Shown one piece after another: positions 46,342 to 54,468 of a DNA stretch of 64,000 nt (positions are counted from its first letter, which is position 1; every line of letters starts with the position of its first letter). Both the position numbers and the translations under genes were made by a program. This stretch comes from an uncultured Burkholderiales bacterium. Its GTDB lineage: Bacteria; Vulcanimicrobiota; Xenobia; Xenobiales; QWHO01. The stretch lies in contig CAYYHB010000004.1 of the NCBI GenBank assembly GCA_964471395.1, positions 529 through 64,528 on the forward strand, in the 5' to 3' direction. Below the pieces are notes generated by a model that was not told the origin of the DNA, made no database searches, and saw only the letters and a list, made by a program, of their open reading frames with translations.

Positions 46342-48306
46342 TCATGCCCATTGCTGGGCTCGGTTTCCAGGTCGAGAGCTTGTCGGTAACTGTGAGCAGG
46401 GCCTGGTCGCCTCGGGCTCGGTAGATACCATCCGCGGCTGGCCCGAGGTGCGAGCGAGCTGCGGCGGAGCAGGCGACTTGAGCTGCTGGCGCGCCACCAG
46501 CTCTCCCTGGGGCTTGGTCCGGCACTTGATGCCCCCGAAGAGCCCTAAGGTCGAGGGGGTCAGCTCGCGGTCGAGGAAGTGCAGTCGCACGATTCCCGTG
46601 GGCAGATCCTGCATCAGCTTGCGGGCCACGTACACTTCCGAGCGGCTGTCCCCGCCCAGTCCCACGAAGAAGCGCTGATTGGCCCGGTCCACTCCCGGGC
46701 GTCCATTGACGAAGTTGAACATGTCCTCGGTCGGATTCTCGGGGTCCACGAACACCCCCGCCATCCGGTGTACCGTCAGGCCTGCTGTCTTGAGGTCGCG
46801 GGCGGTCAGGTCCTCATAGAAGCCGCGCCGCTCACCTTCCTCGCGCAGAGCGGCGCTCTGGCCTTCCAGACGCCTTTCTCGGCGCTTGTGAAAGAAGACC
46901 TTGCGATGGTAATTCAGGCGTTGCCAGACCGAGGATTCCGGTCCGGGATGGCGGGGCGTACCTTTTACGAGGTCATCCCGCAGCCACCCCGCCTGGACCT
47001 CGGCGGCTTCGCGGGCGTCGTTCAAGACCACCTCGCCCGGTCCGATGCACATCATGCGCATGTCGATATGGAACTCGCCCGGTTGCTCCACGGCGTAGAC
47101 ATTGGGCGCCTTCTGCCCGTGGTCGCGGGCGATGGCGCCCAGCGCGGCCTTCTCGTCCACCTCCCGACCCAGGTCGAGGCCGAGCTTGGCCCGGGTGACG
47201 GCCAGGCTGTCTCGTCCCACCAGCGCATAGCCTTCGTGGTTGGGGAGGGCGCCGAACAGGATGTTGCCGCCCTCCACGTGACTGAGATTCTCGCGCATCG
47301 GCTGGTTGGCCGAGCGGGCCAGGGCCGCCAGGCCCCATTGCAGGTTCCCCTGGCTGACCGAGCCCTGAATGTTGAAAGCCGCCAGCGGAAACTGGCTCAT
47401 CACCAAGCTCTCGTAGTCGGCATTCTCGGGAATCTTTGCTCCGGGGTAGAAGCGACGAATGCGATCCTGGTAGATAGACCGGGGCACCAGCTCGGGGTCG
47501 TCGAGGAAAGCGGGAATGGCCACGCCGCCCTGGAGCGTCAGCTCGCCGTAGTCTTCCGTCCAGATGTCTCCGGCCATCGAGATGGGCAACAGGGACACGT
47601 TGTCGTCCATCTGGTCGCGCACCTTGCTGACCGAGCCCCGGGGCACCTTGGCCAGGATGTGGTAGCCTTCGATCTGGCCGACCTGGGCCATCTGGTTGAC
47701 ATAGTCGAGCGACACGAGATCCGCTCCGTCACAGTACATCGCATAGGCGGCCGGATCGAGCGATGCATCCTTGGGAACCACCCGATCGCCGGCCGGGGGA
47801 CGGCGCACCTCCACCGACTTGTCGCGCAGCTCGTGGGCCTGGTTAACGTCTCTGGTCAGAGCTTTCTCGGGAATGTAGCGGTAGCGGTGAGGGGGCGGCT
47901 CGGGCTGACCGGTCTCGAGCAGCTGGTCGAAGCGCAACAGGGCCAGGTCACTGGAGGTGGTCAGGGCATAGGTGTGCACCTGCTGGCCATCGAGCTCGGG
48001 GTGGTGGACCCGGTCGCCGCTCACCACGACTCCCTCCACGCCGGGGTTGGCGAACTTCTCGACCGGCTCAACGGGAACGGGCTCTTCGGGAACCTTGCAG
48101 CCCACCACCAGCAGGCGCCACAGCGAGCCAACAAGACCCGCCGTCCACTCGGCCGTGCGCTGCCAGATGCTCTGAGTGTCGACCGGGCCCGAGGGGGCGG
48201 CGCTGAGCTCGGCCCGGTCGATCGGCTCGGGCGGGGAGGCAGCCGCCATCAGCGGCCTCCGGAAGGCCGGGGCCGGGCTGAGGGCCAGAGCAGGCTGGAC
48301 GATCAC
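46342..48306 (-). CDS. Guanidino-group modifying enzyme (pentein/amidinotransferase-arginine deiminase superfamily)-like protein with a long N-terminal extension
   Basis: Motifs in the expected order: DIWTEDYGE, HVEGGNILF, EFHIDMRMMCIGPGEVV, C-terminal LFGGIKCRT (Cys codon 46522-46524). The N-terminus contains PEPIDRAELSAAP. Confidence 0.65.
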   Translation of the reverse strand: MIVQPALALSPAPAFRRPLMAAASPPEPIDRAELSAAPSGPVDTQSIWQRTAEWTAGLVGSLWRLLVVGCKVPEEPVPVEPVEKFANPGVEGVVVSGDRVHHPELDGQQVHTYALTTSSDLALLRFDQLLETGQPEPPPHRYRYIPEKALTRDVNQAHELRDKSVEVRRPPAGDRVVPKDASLDPAAYAMYCDGADLVSLDYVNQMAQVGQIEGYHILAKVPRGSVSKVRDQMDDNVSLLPISMAGDIWTEDYGELTLQGGVAIPAFLDDPELVPRSIYQDRIRRFYPGAKIPENADYESLVMSQFPLAAFNIQGSVSQGNLQWGLAALARSANQPMRENLSHVEGGNILFGALPNHEGYALVGRDSLAVTRAKLGLDLGREVDEKAALGAIARDHGQKAPNVYAVEQPGEFHIDMRMMCIGPGEVVLNDAREAAEVQAGWLRDDLVKGTPRHPGPESSVWQRLNYHRKVFFHKRRERRLEGQSAALREEGERRGFYEDLTARDLKTAGLTVHRMAGVFVDPENPTEDMFNFVNGRPGVDRANQRFFVGLGGDSRSEVYVARKLMQDLPTGIVRLHFLDRELTPSTLGLFGGIKCRTKPQGELVARQQLKSPAPPQLARTSGQPRMVSTEPEATRPCSQLPTSSRPGNRAQQWA

Positions 48307-48436
48307 AGCCTGAGCCTACAGCAGCTGGATGAAAAGTCGTTGAAAGCTCAGCGGCGAGAGGAGCGGTCGGCAATGTCCAGCGATGGTCGACTGACTTCGG
48401 GGAACCGGGATGGTGGGTGACGAACCGAGCAAGGCA

Positions 48437-49852
48437 ATGCCCCCCGGATATGCCCGAGGCTTTACCAGCATGTCGACCCTGGTCAATGACCGCACTCTGG
48501 AGGTGACCGGCCAGATTCCCGACTGGCTGCGAGGCACGCTGATCCGGAACGGGCCGGGGCTCTATGAGGTTGGGCCCGACCGCTTGCGGCACTGGTTTGA
48601 CGGCCTGGCCGTGCTGCACGCTTTCGATCTCGAGCCGGACAAGGTGCGCTATCGCTCCTGTCCGCTCCAGTCGCCCGACTTCCTGGAAGCGCGCAGGCGG
48701 GGGCGCATCTATTACTCCAATTTCGCCACCGACCCGTGCGTGGCTAGATTTCGCCGCCTGTTCTCGGCCTTCTTGCCGCGCCTCGAGCTGGGGGCCAACG
48801 CCAACGTCAGCGTGACCCGTCTGGGGCAACGTTTCCTGGCCCTCACCGAGACTCCGATGGCGGTCGAGTTCGACCCCCGCACTCTGTCCACGCTGGGGGT
48901 GGTGCGCTACGAGGATAAAATGGCCGACAATCTGACCACCGCCCACCCTCACCGCGACAAGAATCGCGGCTCGCTGATCAACGTGACCCTCGAGTTCGGC
49001 CCGCGCAGCACGTTTCGCCTCACCGAGCTCCTGTCTGGCGCGACCCGGCGCCAGGTGCTGGGTGCCTTCCCGGTGGAGCGTCCGAGCTACCTGCACAGCT
49101 TCGGAATGGCCGAGAACTGGTTCGTCCTGACGCTGGGGGCCCTGGTGGTCGACCCCAGGAAGCTCTTGCTGCGCCGCCGCCCCTTCATCGAGAACTATCG
49201 CTACGAGCCCGAGCGAGGCACCACCTGGGCTCTCTTCGACCGGCGCACCTCCAGCTTTCACCGGCTCGAGTCGGAGGCGCTGTTCACCTTCCATCACGTA
49301 AACGCGTTCGAAGAGGGCAGCGACCTGGTGGTGGACCTGATTGCCTATCCTGACGCACGGGTGGTCGACTCGGTCTATCTCGACGCGCTGGCCCGGGCTG
49401 ATGAGGTTCCGGGCGGCGTCTTGACACGCTTTCGCCTGGGCCGCGAGGTGCGCTCGCAGGTGCTCACCCCCCTGAGCCTCGAGCTGCCCCGCCTGCACCC
49501 CGCCCGTCAGGGCCAGCCTTACCGCTACGTCTACGGGATGAGCCAGCGCCCGGGCACCAGCCGCGATTTCTACAACATGCTGGCCCGCATCGACGTGACC
49601 GGAGGCCCGGAGCTGACCTGGAGCGAGCCGGGAGCCTATCCCGGCGAGCCGGTCTTCGTTCCCCGCCCCGGCGGCACTTGTGAGGACGACGGCGTGGTTC
49701 TCTGCGTGCTGCTCGAAGGCGACAGCTCCAGCCTGCTGGTGCTCGATGCCGCTACCTTCCAGGAAGTGGCTCGGGCTCGGGTCGAGCAGGCCATCCCCTT
49801 CGGCTTTCATGGCAGCTTCTATGCGGGGGGATCGGCCGGCAGCACCCTCTGA
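48437..49852 (+). CDS. Carotenoid/apocarotenoid cleavage oxygenase (RPE65 family)
   Basis: GQIPDWLRGTLIRNGPG, WFDGLAVLHAF. The four iron-ligand His contexts include TAHPH, FHHVNAFEE and FGFHGSF. ATG 48437 lies within ORF 48410..49852. Confidence 0.88.
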   Translation: MPPGYARGFTSMSTLVNDRTLEVTGQIPDWLRGTLIRNGPGLYEVGPDRLRHWFDGLAVLHAFDLEPDKVRYRSCPLQSPDFLEARRRGRIYYSNFATDPCVARFRRLFSAFLPRLELGANANVSVTRLGQRFLALTETPMAVEFDPRTLSTLGVVRYEDKMADNLTTAHPHRDKNRGSLINVTLEFGPRSTFRLTELLSGATRRQVLGAFPVERPSYLHSFGMAENWFVLTLGALVVDPRKLLLRRRPFIENYRYEPERGTTWALFDRRTSSFHRLESEALFTFHHVNAFEEGSDLVVDLIAYPDARVVDSVYLDALARADEVPGGVLTRFRLGREVRSQVLTPLSLELPRLHPARQGQPYRYVYGMSQRPGTSRDFYNMLARIDVTGGPELTWSEPGAYPGEPVFVPRPGGTCEDDGVVLCVLLEGDSSSLLVLDAATFQEVARARVEQAIPFGFHGSFYAGGSAGSTL

Positions 49853-50069
49853 GGGCTTCGAGGCTCACCACCCGCATCTCCCCCAGCAAGACCTCGCCGG
49901 CCCGCTCGAAGCGCAGCTCGCCCGCCTGCCCGCTGATGCGCAGGTAGCCCCGGTGCACCAGCCTCAGGTGGCAGGCCACGCACAACATGATCAGGTTCTC
50001 GTCGGCATTCGAGTCCCCACGCGAGCGGAACACCACATGATGAGCCCTCGCCCTTCGGCTTCCACGCAT
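49752..50069 (-). CDS. HNH endonuclease domain fragment (N-terminally truncated; possible gene remnant)
   Basis: AHHVVFRSRGDSNADENLIMLCVACHLRLVH matches HH..GG..N..LC..CH..H, but the first CxxC pair is missing. The ORF overlaps the 3' end of the oxygenase gene by about 100 nt, and its 5' end runs into the nadA promoter. Confidence 0.4.
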   Translation of the reverse strand: MRGSRRARAHHVVFRSRGDSNADENLIMLCVACHLRLVHRGYLRISGQAGELRFERAGEVLLGEMRVVSLEALRGCCRPIPPHRSCHESRRGWPARPEPEPLPGR

Positions 50070-50070
50070 C

Positions 50071-50099
50071 TTGACAACCCTTATGCTCATGAGTAATAT
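50071..50099 (+). promoter_or_regulatory. Near-consensus sigma70-type promoter upstream of nadA
   Basis: TTGACA (50071-50076), a 17-nt spacer, then TAATAT (50094-50099). A weaker duplicate, TTGACG-17-CATAAA, lies at 50104-50132. Confidence 0.55.
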
Positions 50100-50101
50100 A
50101 A

Positions 50102-50145
50102 GTCTTGACGGTTATGCTCGAATAGAGCATAAAGAGAGTTGAGAC
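50102..50145 (+). promoter_or_regulatory. Long two-tier hairpin in the nadA leader (candidate operator or RNA switch element)
   Basis: gtcttgac (50102-50109) pairs with gttgagac (50138-50145), including two G-U pairs. Inner perfect helix ttatgctc (50112-50119) / gagcataa (50125-50132), loop gaata. The 3' arm ends 9 nt before the nadA ATG. Confidence 0.5.
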
Positions 50146-50154
50146 AAGAAACAG

Positions 50155-51162
<1,008 letters not shown>

Positions 51163-51172
51163 GGAGGATTTG

Positions 51173-52684
51173 ATGCGCACAGACGTCGTCATCGTCGGAT
51201 CGGGCCTGGCCGGACTCACGGCCGCCCTGCACGCCGCCACCAACGGGCTGCACGTCACCGTAGTCACCAAGAGCATGCTGGGAGGCAGCTCGCCGATAGC
51301 CCAGGGAGGGGTGGCCGTGGCCCTCGCGAGCGAGGACGACCCCGCCCTGCACGCCCGTGACACCCTGGTGGCCGGGGCCGGCCTCAGCCGCGAGGACGTG
51401 GTCTCGGTGCTGACCCGCGAGGGTCCGAGCCGCATCCTCGAGCTGATCGGGCGGGGCGCTCACTTTGACCTGGACGAGGAGGGCAACCTGGCCATGGGCC
51501 AGGAGGCGGCCCACTCGCGCCGGCGCATCCTGCACGCCTCGGGCGACGCCACCGGGGCCGAGCTGATGCGGGCCAGCCTCGAGGCGGTGCGCCGCCACCC
51601 CCGCATCGAGCTGCGCGAGGGGGTGTTCGTGTGCGAGCTGCTCGTCAGCGAGGGCCAGGTCATGGGCGTGGCCGCCCCCGGCGAGGCCCTGGTGGCCCCC
51701 GCCACCGTGCTGGCCACAGGCGGGGTGGGGCGGCTCTACCGCTACACCACCAACGCCCGCGAGTCGACCGGAGACGGCATCGCCATGGCCGCCCGCGCGG
51801 GCGCTCGCCTGCAGGACATGGAGTTCGTGCAGTTTCATCCCACCGCCCTCGACGCCGGGGGCGACCCGCTCAGCCTGATCACCGAGGCCGTGCGCGGCGA
51901 GGGCGCCTGGCTGGTGAACAGCGCCGGCCAGCGCTTCATGCCCTTGCTGCATAAAGACGCCGAGCTCGCTCCGCGCGATGTGGTGGCCCGGGGCATCTGG
52001 GCCGAGCTGGCCCGGGGCGAGCGCGTCTACCTGGACGCGCGCAAGCTGGGCGCTCGCTTCGCCCGGCGCTTCCCCACCGTGGCTCGCCTGTGCGCCGAGC
52101 ACGGACTGACCCCGGCGACCGACCTCCTGCCGGTGGTGCCCGCAGCCCACTACTTCATGGGCGGCATCGCCGTGGATGAGCGGGGCCGCGCCAGCCTGCC
52201 CGGCCTGTGGGCCTGCGGCGAGACGACCTCGAGCGGCCTGCACGGGGCCAACCGCCTGGCCAGCAACTCGCTCCTGGAAGCGCTGGTCTTCGGCGCTCGC
52301 GTGGGCGACGACGTCATCGGGGCGCCGCCGGTTCGTCCCCTGGCCGTGCCGGTGGTGCGCCGCGCCGAGGTCGATTACGCCCTGGAGGCTCGCATCCGCG
52401 AGCTGATGTGGAGCCACGTGGGCCTGGTGCGCGAGGAGGCCGTACTGGCTCTGGCCCTGCAAGAACTGGAGGATCTGGCCCTGCCAGCCGGCTCCTCGGA
52501 GGTCTCCAACATGCGCGAGGTGGCCCGCTTCATCACGGCCTCGGCCCTGGCCCGACGAGAGAGCCGGGGAGCCCACTACCGCACTGACCTGCCCGACAGT
52601 GATGAGGCCTGGAGCCACCGCCGCGTAGTGGTTGAGCAGGGCCGCGTCGAGGTGCGCGAGGAGCAAGCCCGATGCGCCTCCTGA
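51173..52684 (+). CDS. nadB: L-aspartate oxidase
   Basis: ATG 51173 (MRTDVVIVGSGLAGLTAAL, FAD-binding GxGxxG). AQGGVAVAL, FVQFHPTAL, GLWACGETTSSGLHGANRLASNSLLE. Confidence 0.95.
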   Translation: MRTDVVIVGSGLAGLTAALHAATNGLHVTVVTKSMLGGSSPIAQGGVAVALASEDDPALHARDTLVAGAGLSREDVVSVLTREGPSRILELIGRGAHFDLDEEGNLAMGQEAAHSRRRILHASGDATGAELMRASLEAVRRHPRIELREGVFVCELLVSEGQVMGVAAPGEALVAPATVLATGGVGRLYRYTTNARESTGDGIAMAARAGARLQDMEFVQFHPTALDAGGDPLSLITEAVRGEGAWLVNSAGQRFMPLLHKDAELAPRDVVARGIWAELARGERVYLDARKLGARFARRFPTVARLCAEHGLTPATDLLPVVPAAHYFMGGIAVDERGRASLPGLWACGETTSSGLHGANRLASNSLLEALVFGARVGDDVIGAPPVRPLAVPVVRRAEVDYALEARIRELMWSHVGLVREEAVLALALQELEDLALPAGSSEVSNMREVARFITASALARRESRGAHYRTDLPDSDEAWSHRRVVVEQGRVEVREEQARCAS

Positions 52685-53526
52685 AGCAGCACTACGCCGA
52701 GCTGGTGGCCCGGGCCCTGGCCGAGGATCTCGGCCGCGGTCCCGACTGGACCACCGACTGCATCCTGGACGCGGACCAGAGCGCTCGGGCCCAGCTGATC
52801 GCCCGCGAGGAAGGCCGCATCGCCGGGGTGGAGGTGGCCGTGGAAGCCTTCCGCCAGCTCGACTCTGCCTGTGTGGTGCGAGTCGGAGTGGAGGATGGTT
52901 GCGACGCCCCGGCCGGCGCGGTGGTGCTGGAGGTGGAGGGCCAGGCCCGAGCTCTGCTCACCGCCGAGCGCACGGCGCTCAACTTCCTCGGCCGCATGAG
53001 CGGCGTGGCCACGGCCACTCGGGCCATGGTGCGCGCCGTCGAGGGTACGCGCACCCGCATCGTGGACACCCGCAAGACCACCCCCGGCCTGCGCGTGTTG
53101 GAGAAGTTCGCCGTGCGCTGCGGAGGCGGCTTCAACCACCGCTTCGGGCTCGATGACGCCGTGCTGATCAAGGACAACCACCGGGCCCTGGCCGGCGGCG
53201 TGCGCCCGGCAGTGGAGCGGGTGCGCTCGCGGGTGGGTCACACCGTCAAGGTGGAGGTCGAGGTGGACACCCTGGAGGAGCTGGCCGTGGCCCTGGAGCT
53301 GGGAGTGGATGCGGTGCTGCTCGACAACATGCCCCCCGACGTGCTGCGCCGGGCGGTGGCGATGGTGGACGGGCGAGCGGTGACGGAGGCCTCGGGCGGG
53401 ATTCGCCTGGAGACGGTGCGGGCCGTGGCCGAGTGCGGGGTGGACCTGATCTCGGCCGGGGCGCTGACCCACAGCGCGAGGTGCCTGGATCTCTCGCTGG
53501 ACGTGGTGGTGGCGGTCGGGGTTTAA
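52672..53526 (+). CDS. nadC: Nicotinate-nucleotide diphosphorylase (carboxylating) / quinolinate phosphoribosyltransferase
   Basis: [63 protein letters not shown]. 13-nt overlap with nadB. Confidence 0.93.
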   Translation: MRLLKQHYAELVARALAEDLGRGPDWTTDCILDADQSARAQLIAREEGRIAGVEVAVEAFRQLDSACVVRVGVEDGCDAPAGAVVLEVEGQARALLTAERTALNFLGRMSGVATATRAMVRAVEGTRTRIVDTRKTTPGLRVLEKFAVRCGGGFNHRFGLDDAVLIKDNHRALAGGVRPAVERVRSRVGHTVKVEVEVDTLEELAVALELGVDAVLLDNMPPDVLRRAVAMVDGRAVTEASGGIRLETVRAVAECGVDLISAGALTHSARCLDLSLDVVVAVGV

Positions 53527-53535
53527 GGCGCCGCG

Positions 53536-54468
53536 TCAACGCGACGTTGCCTTGACCTCAACCTTCGGCGGGGGCAGGGGGCGAGAAGGGGAAAAGCTCC
53601 CGTAGCCTCCCTGGTCGGAACGACGGATGGAGCATTCGAAGATTATCGGAATGCCACGGCCCATACGTTCTCGGGCACTCATCGTGTCGAAGCGCATTCT
53701 CAAAGCGCTCTCGACCACCTTCTGACTTAGAGGCACATCCCAGAGAGGCCATCGGAAACGTCCTGACTTCCACTTCCCAAAGCAGCATGGAGTCAGGATT
53801 TCTTGTCCGGAAGGCACTGTGGCAAGGAAGGCGAGGCCACGAAAGGCCAACCAGTCAGCTCCCGGTACTCCAAGTTTCTTTTCGAGTGACGGGTTGCCGG
53901 CCCGCAATGCGTAATCGCGGCTGCTTGTGGCATCCCATCCCAGAACAGGTAACGGACGCGAATAGGCCCACGGTCCTACCACAGCCTCAAGCAGGTCTGT
54001 CAACTCGACTTGTTGCTGCAGTTCCCGTGCCATGGCTAAGAACTTTTGTTGGCCGGCGGTGAAGTGCAAAGCCGTTGGCTTCGTCTTGCCATTGTTATCC
54101 ACTGCGATTCCTGTAAGGAAAGAAGCTGCCCAATCAACACTGAGTCGATTGTCAGGTGAAGCCTCGGCAGCGAGGCTGACCAGGAATTCCCGCCCAAACT
54201 CCGGTGGTGGCTTCAAGTCGCGCTCCCCTTCATACTCAAGAGCCAGGGCCGGCTCGTGTTCAAGTGACCTCTGGTCCTCGTGCAGAAGCTGCGCTAGTTC
54301 GTCGTGTGACCCACGGAACTCATGCAATGAGGGGTTCCAAGTACCTCGGTCGGACCAACTGAGGCGCTCCTTGCCTTGGCGCTCAGTAACGACCCTCAAG
54401 ACTCCGAGAGCAGCCAGGAAGCCTAGTGGATTGGAACCATCCAGTCCCGGGAGTAGCAGTTCGGTCAC
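53536..54468 (-). CDS. CRISPR-associated protein; putative short Cas8u-type large subunit (Csb3-like) of the type I-G effector
   Basis: Last gene of the csb1-csb2-cas3 operon. GTG start overlapping the cas3 stop (GTGA at 54465-54468). The N-terminal GLDGSNPLGFLAALGVLRVV resembles, from memory, the N-terminal ..YLKALGVLR.. of Csx17/Cas8u proteins. At 310 aa it is far shorter than Csx17. Confidence 0.55.
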   Translation of the reverse strand: MTELLLPGLDGSNPLGFLAALGVLRVVTERQGKERLSWSDRGTWNPSLHEFRGSHDELAQLLHEDQRSLEHEPALALEYEGERDLKPPPEFGREFLVSLAAEASPDNRLSVDWAASFLTGIAVDNNGKTKPTALHFTAGQQKFLAMARELQQQVELTDLLEAVVGPWAYSRPLPVLGWDATSSRDYALRAGNPSLEKKLGVPGADWLAFRGLAFLATVPSGQEILTPCCFGKWKSGRFRWPLWDVPLSQKVVESALRMRFDTMSARERMGRGIPIIFECSIRRSDQGGYGSFSPSRPLPPPKVEVKATSR

